Shown: positions 50,376 to 63,789, numbered from the stretch's first letter. The stretch: DNA of 64,000 nt from Chiloscyllium plagiosum (GCF_004010195.1 NC_057718.1:67893872-67957871); one strand, 5' to 3'. A program made the numbers and translations. Notes: a model not told the origin generated them from the letters alone.

Positions 50376-53300
50376 TGGATGTTTGGCCTCTTCAGGGATG
50401 CTTTAAGGAGATCCCAAGGAGTCTTCTGTGTTTCTCGGCGTCTCCTGCTGCATTCAAATTCTGAGTAGAGCATTTGCCTCAGGAATCTGGTGTGAGACTG
50501 GAAAAATCATGAAAAGTTGCAGGACTGGAGGAAATTACATATAGGGAGAGGAAAAGCTATGGAAGGGTTTAAAACAATTTTGAAATCAAGGTATTGTTTA
50601 ACCAAGATCCATTTTAAATTAACAAGCACAGGGTTGATGGGCAAGTGAGATGTGAATGGTTAATGTGAATTAGGACATTGGCTGGCAGAGTTCTGGTTTC
50701 ATTCAAGTTTGCAGAGAATAGTCAAATTTATGGAGATTCCAAAGGCATGGATGAGGTTTTCAAAAGATGAAAAAAAAAGGATGGGATGTTACAACGGTCA
50801 AAATAAACGGTTTTAATGACATGTAGTGAATGTTGCTAGCTCACCTCAGGGTCAGTTAAAACCGGTTTCAAATGAGCTGCCTGCCTCTCAAATGCCTGTT
50901 TCAAACAGTTGCCAGAAGATAATGGAGTTGGTGCATGTAGATGAGATATAGAAGAACTCTGATGAACTTGATAGTGAAACTCTGTGCATTTCCTTTACTT
51001 GGAACTGTGTACTCAGAAGTTGGTACTGAAAGTACTGCTATCACAAGTGTGTGAACTTGAAAGCAGTGATGTTATCACTAAACTTTGGAATTCTCTGACA
51101 ATGTCGAGGTCTAGTTACTGTGTGCAATGCGTAGACTGACCTTAATCTGCCTATTGTAGAATAACTCAAATTACAGTTCAAGACTTCTATCCCAAGGGGA
51201 TCAGTCACAAATCTGGTCCACCACCTGCCTTAAAGTTGCTGTTAACTTGTATGAAAGGGGAAAGTATTTGTAAGTATTTAGAGCTGCGATACATAGATAA
51301 ATGACAGACAGGTGCAACAGAGAAACCTACCTTTTAGATGAATATCGGACCTTTAGAGAGACTTTCTTTCACTTCAGTGACCTATTGTAAAGTTTGACTG
51401 CTACCTGCAGAGCTTGGATTTTTTTAAACTATGTTAAAGGCACTATATAAATGCAGGTTGTTGTAGTGTTTTAAAAAAATTAATTTGTTCATACTTTCTC
51501 TTAATGTTTAATTTGGGATTTTCTTTTATTTTCCTTTATGTCTGCTTGGAACTACTGTTTTTCTCCTTAGATTTTGTGCATACTATGATAGAATATTTCA
51601 GGCAAGAAAGTTTAACCAAAGCACTCTGATATTAAATTTTTCTATCTGAGTTTCCAACATCTCCAGTATTTTGCTTTAGTCTTTCCATTTGTTTAATTGC
51701 TACTATCAACAATGATTGAGTGTGACAGGACTGCTTTGTCCGCAACATGCTTTTTCGGTTGTTTCACACACATGTAGACTGTGGCGGGTCCTGGCATGTG
51801 CTTGTATATTTATTGGACCAGGGTTATCCCTGCCCTAATGGTAATGTTGGGTGGAGAGATTTGCCAGGCTATGAGATTCATGATTGTTGTGGAATACAGT
51901 TCTGCTGCTGATAGTCCATAGTGTTTGATGAAGTATTGATTTTGAGCTGCTAGATATTTTTCAGAGTCTAAACCATTTAACATAGTGATCATGCTAGGCA
52001 ACGTGGTGTATCTATAACCATACATTTTCCTTTAGGTCAAGAAAATACACAACATGAAAGGATTAGGGCTGAGAAGGGAGCTTGCAAGTACTCTCATGTT
52101 TGTTACTTTTGTCCTTGTGTGGTAGTGGTCTGATTTTTGGAAAAGGCTGCCAAATAGTCTTGTTGAGTTGCTCCAACGCATCTTACAGCTATCAATGTGC
52201 AATTCTCCTTCCAAGTCCAAGATCTATCTTGCTTGACTAACACATGCAGGAACCACTGAGCGAGTGTCTTAAATGGAGTTGTTTATAAATTCCACTTTAA
52301 TACCCAATGAATAATTTCAGTTCTGTGGCTTGAAAAGAGATCAAATATAATAACAGGAATCAAAGTAATTCCCTAGAAGTTGTATTACTTCTCGTCTCAT
52401 CATGCCTTGGGCATATTTCAGAAAAGCACAAATCGTTTTATTTAGAAGCTCTGCTATTGTGTCTCCCACTTTTATATCTAAATTCACATCCACTGATGCA
52501 AGTTCTAATCATACCACATCTTAATGACTAGTATCTTACAAAAACTGGGTTTACAAATGATGCTTACTATGCAGGCAAATATTGTAAGTAATGTATTATT
52601 GTGAGATCTCAATAACTTGGGTCCTCGGTGCTCCTTGGATGTGCATGTTGCAGCTGTGCTTAATGAGTAATACCTAATCATTTTCCTGATATTATTAGCA
52701 TTGTGGATTTACTGACAGCACGTGGGCTGCAGCAGTTTAAGAAGGCAGCTCAACGCCACCTTCTCTCGGACACCTGAAGATGCAATAAATACTGGCTTGA
52801 CTGGCAATGTCAAAATTCCATGAATGAGCAAAAATAAGTATCATAAAATTTATACCTTCTTCCATAGTCCTATTTAAAGTCATAGAGCTCTACAGCATGG
52901 AAACAGACCCTTTGGTCCAACTAGTCCATGCCCACCAATACGTACATTGTTTATTTCTGCTTGTTAATTTGCATATCTCTCTGTGCCAAAATTAAATTTT
53001 ATATGCTTCAGTCTTATCATTCCTTTCTCTTTTCTGATCTAAGGTACTCTGTTTACTGTTTACATGAGACACAGGAGCAGGTATAGACTGTGTAGTTCTT
53101 CAAACCTGCTGTGACAGCACTTTCATCATGATTTCATGAAAATTCTTGGCTAAACCTTTAAATGATTAAACTTTATTTTCTTAACTGGTTCTAGCATTCC
53201 ACCCAGTTCTTTTATTTCCATCCACTCCAGTTCAGTCATTCCTAAAATTATTAATACAATGCTTGAATATGCCTTGAGAAAGAACTTGAGTTTATGTTGA

Positions 53301-54950
53301 AATTCCACGTTTCCCAGGGTTTCCCAAAGAATCCATAGCCATGAAATTCGTTTTTTAAATTCGACTTCTGTTGTATGGCCAAAAGTGGGAGTGGGTTTAC
53401 AAGCATCAAAGTCCAAAAAACTACCAGAAGGTAACTAATTAAAAAATTATTAATGGTGGTTTTTGAGGGAGAAGTATTTATCTTAGTAATTGGAAAACTT
53501 GCTGCTGTACTCAGTGCGCAGTGGGATTGTTTATATTCACTTGAACAGGCACAAACTATCTCCGTTTAATCCTACCAGCTGAAATTTGGTGTTCAAGTTC
53601 AGAATGGATTTGGAGTCCATGGGTTGAATGTTATGGGGCCTGTAAAAATGGAAAATGGGGGGGAGGGGGAGGTGATTTAATTAGGTGGGAGGTGAAATTT
53701 CATTTTCCAATGGGTTCAGATTTAGAATTTAACTTTTATGTTTGTGGCAGGTCAGGCCTTCTGCTATCCCTAGTGCATCCCCAGTTGCAATCTATCTGCA
53801 TGCTGTGAAGGCTAATTCAGTGGTACTCAGTTAAAATGCATTCAAAGGTGGCATGCAGTAGATGGCTTTGTTCTGTTGTTTCTAAAGTCAGCAGTTGTCC
53901 TTATTGAGAGAGAAGTAGAATGGCTTGCATGGGGGTTCAGGGCCAGCATTGGTGAGTTGGTAGTAGTGGGCTGCGTGGATTGGAGTCAGTGATGTGGTAT
54001 CAAAAAGAGATATGAATGACAGACAAAGGATGAGATTGGGGGTATGGAGGAGTGATGCATAAAGGGTCTAAAACTCTGGTTCTGATCAGGGTGATGGGAA
54101 ATCGAAATAAGAAAATAAGGGATACAAGGGGCAGTGTCAGTAAAACCATCTCAGGGTTTCGGCTGGTATAGTCCTTATGGGGCTTTGAGTTCACTTACAA
54201 CACTTCAGTTATTTCGACTGTATGATTTAGACAATGTCCTTTACAACGTGTAGAAGGAAGGGCCATTTGAGTCTTAAAATAAAACAAAGAATTGCAGATC
54301 TGAAACAAAAACAACAAATTGCTGAAGAAACAACAAAACAAAAGCAGCATCTGGAGAGAAAACAATTAACATTTGGTGAGGTGGTGTTCCCATGGATCAC
54401 TAAACCTGAGAGAAATGGACAAGAAAAAAAAACTGAAGTGCTAATAATGAGAACTGATGAGACTACTGTGTTTATTTACGACCTTAAGCTTCTGTCAGCT
54501 GTTGAGAGAAATTTATGTGTAAACATAATTGTACTTTGGCACTGTAACAAAGATCCAGGTAAACATTAGCACTTTCAATACTAAACCATTTTTAATGTAT
54601 TATCAAAGAAAATTAAATATTAATATCAAGATTGATAACAATCTCAAATTATAATTCCATTTAGTTGTAATATCTGTATAATGTGAACAGAGAACAATCT
54701 TCTCAGCTATACTTTTCAATGGTTTTTTTTACCATGGAATGCCAGTTAACAACTTAAAACCCACCTGTTCTGTGAATTGGTATACCTGTGGGCACTTTAA
54801 TTTGCAAAGCAGACTCTGTTTCATGATCTTTAAAGTGATTGTTTGAAATAAACACAACAGGGTTTTATTTTCATCCAAGTACTTTACATACAGAATGGTC
54901 AAATGTAGAGATTTTAGCCACAATTTTCTCTCAACATAAGAAGTTAAAGA

Positions 54951-57730
54951 TGAAATAACTCCACAGAGGCTGGTTTCCCATCACCAAGTTGTCCTTTACT
55001 TACAAGTGCACCTCAGAGCCAGCTCTGAGTGAAGAGAATCTCTGAGAATATCTGTTAGCCGGGGCTGCCTGTTTGGGACTGTTAACTTGGTCCAATCAGG
55101 GAACTCTTATATCCCTCCCCCTCTAAGTCCAGGGATACAGACTTGTTCATTTTCTTGTATCCTCCTGCAACATTTTCACAATGGGTCTGGTTCTTCTGAC
55201 TCTGCTTTGGACATGGATGATGTGTACCAGACCATAGCCTGCGTCTTTTACCTGACCTTCTCAGAAGAAATTCTTCCTCTTCAGGCGGTAAAAGTATTCA
55301 GACTACAACATCCGCCGAGTCCGTCTCAGCCTCTGAGGTTTCTTTGCTAGATGGAGGGGGAGAACGCATGGGTTCCAATAGCCTTTCTAGCTGTTCTGAC
55401 CTGATTGAGTATGTTTTGCTCCTGCTTCGTTCACGACTTTGCAGCTTTCATATGGTCCACTTGCTTGTTCAGACTGTCTCACCTACCCGAACTTGGTACG
55501 TCACAGTACCTGACCGGATCTCACATTGACCATGCCACTTACCCATGCAGGGCCATTTCCGTGGTTTTGGCGCCAAACGTCATTCCCCGAAGTAAAAGTC
55601 TCTGTTGCTTAGAGGAGTTTTGCATGCAGAATTGGCATTCCTAAAGCTGTTGACACCTCAGTCCCCCATCCGAAGATCAGATTTAACCTTGTGCAGAGTC
55701 TCCTCCCCATTAGCCACTCTGCTGGAACTATCCGTATAGTTCTGTGAAGGGTAGTCCGATAATCAAATAGGAATCAGGACAATTTGGTGTGAGGTAAAGC
55801 TGTAGACTGTTTCTTTAAGCTTGCATCCAAAGTTTAGACTGCTCTTTCCACCAAGCCATTGGACAATGGATGGTATGGAGTTGTCGTTGTATGCCAAATG
55901 CCATTCGACTTTAGGAAATACTGGAATTCCCTGCTGGTAAATGACAGCCTATTGTCTGTGGCCAACACTTCCGGGAGTCCATGTATTGCAAAAGTTGCTT
56001 GTAGCTTTTCTATCGTCATCCTATGTTTGACAAGTGAACTTTATTCACGGCCAACCACTTTGAATGGGTGCTCATAATGAGTAAGAAGGTTTCGCTCATG
56101 AAAAGAACAGCATAGACGACTTTGGTTCACCCAACCATTCTCACAAATGTGGGGAAGTTGCTGGTGATAATTTTCGTCCTTGTTGGCAATCTGGGCATCA
56201 GATAGAACTTCTTTCTTCATTTTGGACACCCCCCGTGGAGTTCAGCCAGTATAAAGCGACAAACTTTGCTCGGGCCAACTACTCTTGCTCCTCATAATAA
56301 ATTGCTGTCTGCGATAGTGATCTGGTCTCACCAGGTCCAGAGATGTTTCAGTTCTGATTGTGATGGCCCTTTTGTAACCCCCCCCCCCCCCCAACCACCA
56401 TTTTAGTTTTAGCAGGACGTGATCTTTTTGGATCCACAGTCTGTTATTGTCAGTGGTGACCAGAAGGAAATCCAGAAAGTTAAAAACCAGAATGGAATCT
56501 TCCAGCAGAGGCACCACTGGTGGTGTACCTGCCAGCGGGAGGTGACTCAAGGCATTGACATTTGTCTCTTGGCCTCCTCCACAATGTTCTAACTTTCACT
56601 TAAAGTAAGAACCCACCATTGAATTCAACCTGAAGCTTTGGGCAGCACAGCCTTTGGCATATTTGCACTCTGTATCAGCCAAAGTCTAGGAAACGCACTG
56701 TTGGGCATTCGTCTGCATTGGGCCATCTGTGAAGCAAAACTACCCTGATGCCGTGTGGAGAGGCATCATGTGTCAGTACCAGATCTCACTTGGAATCAGT
56801 GTTCGTCAACACCTTAGACGATGATGGCTGTTACTTGACTTGCCTAAAGACTGGCTATGAGATCATTTCCAAGGCTGACCCTTTTAAAATAGCAAATGTA
56901 AGGGTACCAGAATGGAGGCAAGGTTACGTATGAACTGTCAGTAATAATTCATCAACCGAAGGAAAGACCTAAGCTCTGGTACAGACGTGAGAGCCAGGGC
57001 ATCTTTGATTGCCCTCATTTTATCTTGCAACAGGTGTGACCTGGTATTTCGACTCCAGCCCAAGTAGGTCACTTGGAATGCCTGAAGTACATTTTTCCTT
57101 CCATCAGGCTTGGGTCCGAGTCTTTTACTACAATCAGTGGTAACTGAACCAGCTGCTTCTCATACAAGACCAGAACCAAAGTTGTACTCTTAATCTGTAA
57201 GCATTCACCAGTATAGGTTCTCAGTCTAGCCGAGGCCTTATGCAAACTTAAGGGTTGGAGTCCACAGAGAATTTTGTCAAATGCTGGTCCTACAACCAGC
57301 AATATAGCTGTGTCGGTGTAAACCTCCATTAGGACCAGGTGACCATTTAACCAGTTGTCTATTTTGATTGGTTCTGATTTGGATGTGGCTGAGTAATTTA
57401 ACTGTTCCAAACCAGATGTAGATGGACTTGCCAGGATGTGTACTCTCTTAGATACCGGTCTATGAGTTCTCTTACATTTAGGTCTACTGGGACTCTCACT
57501 GTCTTGACTCTGCAAACTGGCAACAACTACAATGACTTGCTGGCTTGGATCCTGGAGAAAATGTTGACTGTTTGATCGAGGCATGGTTTTATTTTGGGGT
57601 TTTGCTGTGGGATGACCTAGACTCCCTCTGTTCAGGAAATGTTCTGAGTTAGGCTGTGTAATTGCCTTCACTTAAATGGTGTTCAACTGACTTGCTGCCA
57701 GTTTTGCCAGAGACACCAACTCGGTAGCAT
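54951..57730 (-). mobile_element. Decayed Gypsy/Ty3 LTR retrotransposon with 3' LTR
   Basis: Order protease (LMEVYTDTA) - RT end (ELRSFL.LMNYY) - RNase H (DASPHGI) - integrase (HGLPEVLATDN..PYHPLSNGLVERAV); PPT AGAGGGGGAGGGA at 55112-55124; short LTR ~54951-55111. Confidence 0.85.
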
Positions 57731-59341
57731 AGTGTTAAGATTCTCAACTACTTTGTTTCTAAGAAATTCTCCTATATTCCATCCTAGTGCTCAATTCCTC
57801 TCAGCATATCTCTGCACTGCATTACAAAACTTCATCCTAAACCTACTTAGATTCAAAACAATTTTGTCATTTTCAGTTTCTTTAACATGTTTGAACCAAT
57901 TTCTTAGTGAGTTATTTCTCATTGAAAATACCACAGCAGAAAATTTTTTATTTTTGGTCATTAGAGATGTACTGAGGGCATTACCTTTGCACTCAACACC
58001 TGACAAAATAGGGTGTGGGCACTGAGAAAAGAATGGAGATGCACAGCAATTGGATCTCTTGCTTGTGGTGCTATAGTATGACTAGAAGACCAGACTGACT
58101 TGGAGCTTTCGTTGTGGGAGATCCGAGAGTCTGAAGTTTTCGCATAAAGAGCAAGAATTAAGACAGTGCCAACTGTTCTCTCCCTTCTCCATCTGTATCC
58201 CTTCTGCACGTTTCTTGATAGAATATTGGAGATCCCAAGAGTCTGTGGACCTCTCGTTTTGGAATCCTGGATCTTCCTTTGCTGTTGAGCAGAAAATGGT
58301 ATTTGGAGAAGGAACTGCACACCAAAAAAAAAGTACTGACTTTTAGCTAATGCCTTTGGGACTCCAGCTAAATGGTGATGATAAACTGCTGAATGATAGT
58401 GTTGAAGGAGTACATTTACATCCCTGTTGGTTAATCCAGTGAGAATAAAAACTGTTCTTACAACTGGAAAGTTTGAGGACCCCTTTAAGATTTGACCTGT
58501 CAACTTTCGTGTAATTTTCATGTCACATGGTGTGGTCTTGATTAAATGATTGAACTCATTCAAACCATCTTGTAACTGAAAGCAATCCCACTGATGTGGC
58601 AGTCCTGAAAGACTTTGTGGTTAGAAGTGCTTTCTATTCTATGGTCCCACTGGGCCACATACCTTTTATATTGGTCTCAACTTTTAGGTGTTGGTGACAA
58701 ACAGAGACGATAGTACCAAGCACATTTCCCTATTTGGGAAAGTGTGTTAGTTCTCAAGCCCTACTCCTCACAGAATTGCCATGAAGGTTAATGGTCTAAT
58801 CAAAACATGCAAAGTTCCTGATTTAAATTTCGGAATTATGTTAGCAGAAAATATTGACCAGAATTTCTGTACTTAACAAAAACTGCTGTTATCAACTCAT
58901 TATTTCTAATCACAAGTTAACAGCATAACAGCATAAACTGTCAGCATAACGCTCCACTAGTTAAAAATCACAATTGAACAAACTAATCAGCTACTCGTTG
59001 ATGAAATCTCACTCTGCACATATCTACTGGTGGCATTTACTAACAGCTTTCCCATTGCTTGAAAAACCAGTAGTCTAAATTTAATGAGTTTCATTAACTT
59101 GTGCAGCCGTTTCTTCCACAGATTTCCTTTCTTTGTTTTTAAAACAGTCCTTGTTTTTCATTTTAGTCCACAATCAAAAACAGAATGATATGGTCTTACA
59201 GAAGTGGCAAATTCTAACTAACATAACACAGTCTGACATAACACATTTTGTCAAAATGAATAGGGAAAGGCCATGTAGATTTACTGGCACATTTCTAAAG
59301 AGTATACAAGGATAAAGGAACCTGAAAGTTCATGTGCACAT

Positions 59342-59506
59342 ATGATTTGGAGATGCCGGTGTTGGACTGGGGTGTACAAAGTTAAAAATCACACAACACC
59401 AGGTTACAGTCGAACAGGTTTATTTGGAAGCATTAGCTTTCGGAGTGCTGCTCCTGCTTCCAAATAAATCTGTTGGACTGTAACCTGGTGTTGTATGATG
59501 TTTAAC
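59342..59506. mobile_element. Fold-back PLE mini-element
   Basis: 52-bp inverted arms 59381-59432 / 59455-59506 (4 mismatches); duplication catgtgcacat at 59331-59341 and 59507-59517. Confidence 0.85.
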
Positions 59507-59820
59507 CATGTGCACATCACCTGAGGGTGGAAGGATATATTGAGAGAGCAGTTAATCAAGTACCTGAACAGTATATGGAATTTTGGACGTCATAAATTGA
59601 GGTATTTTGTATTAGAGCAGGCAACTGTTGCTGAGGTATCCTAAAGTTCTGGTTAGGCTACAACTGGGTTATTGCTTCCAGTTCTGGTGATCATACTTCA
59701 AGAAAATTTTGAGAGTTTTTGAGAAGGTGCAGAGGAGATTTAACAGAATTGTTCTAAGGATGAAGTAGCTTACCCACAAGGTTGCATTGGAGAAGCTAAA
59801 GTTGTTCTGCTCAGAGCTTG

Positions 59821-59946
59821 AACTACCTGATGAAAGAGCAGTGCTCTGAAAGGGAGTGCTTCCAAATGAACCTCTTGGACTATAACCTGGTGGTTTGTGA
59901 TTTTTAACTTTGTGCACCCCAGTCCAACACTGACACCTCCAAGTCA
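59821..59946 (+). mobile_element. PLE-end mini-insertion (AGCT family) starting near hammerhead
   Basis: CTGATGAaAGAGCagtGCTCTGAAA from 59827; palindrome mutated. Confidence 0.75.
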
Positions 59947-60369
59947 TGCTTGGAGCAAAGCAGATTTAATAGAAGTTATGACAGATTTAGATAACGTAGG
60001 CAAAGAAAAGCTGTTTGCATCAGTTGATGTTAGAAGGAATAGTGGACAAAGATATAAAGTTTGAGTGAAGCGGGGGTGTGGGAAAAACTTTAGTCAGTGA
60101 GTGATAATGACCTGGACCCCTCTGCCTTGGAGGGTAATGGCAGTAGAGACTATTGATGATTTAGATAGTGTGTTCAATGAACATTTGAAGCAAGTAAATA
60201 GGCAGGGTTACAAGGATAGAGAAGATGAATAGGATAGATTGGATTACTCTTCCAGGAACTGCCATGGAATGCCCCCTTATATCATAATGACTGGTAACTA
60301 ATTATTTGGCTAAATTCATAATCTGTTATCAACAGTAATTTATATTTATGATATGGAAGATTTGAGGAC

Positions 60370-60730
60370 GTTGAGAGGTGACCTTGTAGAAGTTTATAAA
60401 ATAATGAGAGGGATAGATAGAGTTAATGGTAGTTGTCTTTTCCCTCGGATGGGTGATTTCAAGACTAGGGGGCGCATTAAGTCAGAGGAGAGAGATTTAA
60501 AAAAGACATGAGGGCCAAATCTTTTATAGAGGATGGTTTGTGTGTGGAATGAGCTGCCTGAGGAAGTGATGGATGTGGTATTATTAAAACATTTAAACGA
60601 CCTTTGGATAAGTACATGAATAGGAAAGGTTTGGAGGGATATAGGCCAGGAGCATGCAAGTTTAATTTGGGATTGTGTTCGGCATGGACTCGTTGGACCA
60701 AAGGGTCTGACTCCATGCTATATGACTCTT
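60370..60730 (+). mobile_element. CR1 3' fragment (subfamily of 2968-3475)
   Basis: LRGDLVEVYKIMR; tail ctatatgactct. Confidence 0.9.
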
Positions 60731-61619
60731 ATGTAATCATAAGTGCTTCAACAAAGATCTTTGCAGATTATAAGTTGCTATCCTCCAAAGCAATGTAGAA
60801 AATGCATTGACCTCTGTGATGTGGTACAACATTCACTATACATCTACATACTCTTCTAAAACATTCTTGGGCCTTAAATAGTATTTCTGCAGGTACCATT
60901 ACTTTTGTTTATAGTTTGTTTTTAGAAGACCAGAAGACATAGGAGCAGAAGTGTGAGTAAGTTAACTCTTATCATTGGGCTAAATGCATTGTCTGCATTT
61001 TCCCCTCTATTATCTGGACTCATTTTACTTCCTGTGAGTTTCACGACCGAACTAGTCAACCTAATTCTGAAACTGCAATCTGTGTTCTTAATTGTCATTA
61101 TCATAGACCACTTAGTTCTCATTCTGACACCTCACTCTTGAATGCCCAGGCTGCTCCGAAAGAGCTTGTCAAGCACAGCACAGTCTTTAATAAAACAAGG
61201 TTTTAAAACAAAACTGTTCTACAGAGCTGTCATTGCTTAGACCTTGTTCAAATAGATCTGACATCAATGTTACTCACCTTATTCAATGTTACTGAAGAAA
61301 TTCAAGAAAGACATTTTCAGGTTTTCCTCTGATATCCAAGATTAGGTCATGAAATATCATTATAAACATCCCATGGTGCTTCACCAGCTAAACGTTTGAC
61401 ACAGCTATTAAGACAATGTAGTCCAAAGCTTGGTCAAAGATCAATCTCTGCTGTCCTCTGTTTACAGCCTCTTGCACTTCGCCTAGTTTCAATCAGTCTA
61501 CCATTGGCAGTCATGCCTTCAGCTGTCTGGGCCCTGAGCTCTGAAATTCCCTCCATAAACCTTTCTGTCCCATACCCATTATTCCCTAATACCAGCACTT
61601 AGAGGGAAAATAAGTGGCT

Positions 61620-62270
61620 GTAGTTCACCTGGTGTATGTACTCCTAAAATGCTGTTAGAAAGGGAGTTCCAGCATTTTGACCGAGCAGCAGTGAGAGAAT
61701 GGCAATCCAGTTCTAAAAACGGATGGTTTATGGCATGGAGGGAAACTTGTAGTTGATGTTATTCCGATGTATTTGATGCTGATGTGCTCCTATGTACAAG
61801 AGACTGTCCTCCTGGCACTGTGTATTGGTGTAGAGGGAGTAAATGTTTTGGATGGCAGGTAAAGTGAATTAAAAAGAAAGCTTTGTGCTGGATTGTGTAG
61901 AGCTTCTGGATTCCTGATGAAGGGCTTTTGCCCAAAACGTCGATTTTATTGCTCCTCGGATGCTGCCTGAACTGTTGTGCTCTTCCAGCACCACTAATCC
62001 AGTATCTGGTTTCCAGCATCTGCAGTCATTGTTTTTACCTAGAGCTTCTGGAGTCTTGTTAGTGCAATACTTCTTGAGGCAAATGGAAAATATTGCATTG
62101 CATTCCTGATTTGTGTCTTGTAAGTGACATACAGGCTTTGGGGAGTCAGGTATGAGGAACTTGTTTCAGAACTTCCAGTCTCTGATCTAGCAGTCATAGT
62201 ATATGTATGGCTGTTCTAGTTTAGTTTCTGGTCAAGCATATGCCCCTGGATGTTGACGGAAGGGGTCTTA
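61620..62270 (-). mobile_element. Remnant of the same LINE family as 24110-25520
   Basis: agggagttccagcattttgacc is the reverse complement of ggtcaaatcctggaattccct (~25107). Confidence 0.6.
61911..62039 (+). mobile_element. 129-bp hammerhead-bearing mini-insertion
   Basis: Starts ttcCTGATGAaGGGCttttGCCCaaaACGTC; perfect 13-bp duplication tagagcttctgga at 61898-61910 and 62040-62052. Confidence 0.88.
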
Positions 62271-62559
62271 ATGAAATACTTGCATTTTGGTTTAAATTTC
62301 CACTTCCAGTGTAAATTATCTCAACCATGTGCTCTTGTTTGCAGATGAGTACTTTCCATTGAAGCTATGAAAAAGTTGGCTTTAAGTTAAAGATATGGAA
62401 TGTTTTGTATCATACAGTACAAAAGAGGCCCTTTGGTCCATCTAGTCCGTACTGCTAAAAATATGCTAACTTGACACCACTCTCACTTTCCAACGTAAGG
62501 CTCATAGCCTATTCTCCTCTAGGAAATTTTAATTTCTTTCTGCTTCCATGCCTTTATTT

Positions 62560-63366
62560 AGAACATAGAACAGTACAGCACAGAACAGGCCCTTCAGCCC
62601 ACAATGTTGTGCCGACCATTGATCCTTATGTATGCACCCTCAAATTTCTGTGACCATATGCATGTCCAGCAGTTTCTTAAATGTCCCCAATGACCTTGCT
62701 TCCACAACTGCTGCAGGCAGCGCATTCCATGCTCTCTCAACTCTCTGTGTAAAGAACCCGCCTCTGACATCCCCTCTATACTTTCCTCCAACCAGCTTAA
62801 AACTATGAACCCTCGTGTTATCCATTTCTGCCCTGGGAAATAGTCTCTGGCTATTGACTCTATCTATGCCTCTCATTATCTTGCATATCTCAATTAGGTC
62901 CCCCCCTCCTCCTTTTCTCCAGTGAAAAAAGTCGGAGCTCAGTCAACCTCTCTTCATAAGATATGCCCTCCTGTCCAGGCAGCATCCTGGTAAACCTCCT
63001 CTGAACCCTCTCCAAAGCATCCACATCTTTGCTATCAGAGGGTGACCAGAACTGGACGCAGTATTCTAAGTGAGGTCTAACCAAAGTTTTATAGAGCTGC
63101 AACAAGATCTCACGGCTCTTAAACTCAATCCCCCTGTTAATGAAAGCCAAAACACCATATGCTTTCTTAACAACCCTGTCCACTTGGGTGGCCATCTTAA
63201 GGGATCTATGTACCTGCACACCAAGATCCCTCTGTTCCTCCACACTGCCAAGAATCCTATCCTTAATCCTGTACTCAGCTTTCAAATTCGACCTTCCAAA
63301 ATGCATCACCTCGCATTTATCCACGTTGAACTCCATCTGCCACCTCTCAGCCCATCTCTGCACCCT
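62560..63366 (-). mobile_element. Young CR1 3' fragment running into an assembly gap
   Basis: RWAERWQMEFNVDKCEVMHFG...LVRPHLEYCVQFWSP; (catagaa)-type tail. Confidence 0.93.
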
Positions 63367-63593
63367 NNNNNNNNNNNNNNNNNNNNNNNNNNNNNNNNNN
63401 NNNNNNNNNNNNNNNNNNNNNNNNNNNNNNNNNNNNNNNNNNNNNNNNNNNNNNNNNNNNNNNNNNNNNNNNNNNNNNNNNNNNNNNNNNNNNNNNNNNN
63501 NNNNNNNNNNNNNNNNNNNNNNNNNNNNNNNNNNNNNNNNNNNNNNNNNNNNNNNNNNNNNNNNNNNNNNNNNNNNNNNNNNNNNNNNNNNNN
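63367..63593. other. Assembly gap
   Basis: Run of N. Confidence 1.
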
Positions 63594-63740
63594 GAGGAAA
63601 CCGGAGCACCCGGAGGAAACCCACGCAGACACGGGGAGAACGTGCAAACTCCACACAGTCAGTCGCCTGAGGCGGGAATTGAACCCGGGTCTCAGGCGCT
63701 GTGAGGCAGCAGTGCTAACCACTATGCCACCGTGCCGCCC
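63594..63740 (-). mobile_element. Young HE1-like SINE 5' half
   Basis: A box tggcatagtgg, B box ggttcaattcc; near-identical to 14081-14197. Confidence 0.92.
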
Positions 63741-63789
63741 ACATATGATCAAACCTTCCAGAGCAGCCTACCGTGTGGAATCTTAACAA

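Larger units (their letters stand above)
59200..60290 (+). mobile_element. Old CR1 remnant hosting two PLE-end insertions
   Basis: CFQFW.SYFKK..EKVQRRFNR at ~59670-59760. Confidence 0.7.

Noticed and set aside
57961..58563. 200-aa minus-strand ORF as a host gene
   Set aside because: No recognisable domain or supporting splice structure; cannot be supported without a database search
62890..63786. Long ORFs of 148-254 aa
   Set aside because: They are inflated by translation through the N-gap and join CR1 and SINE sequence
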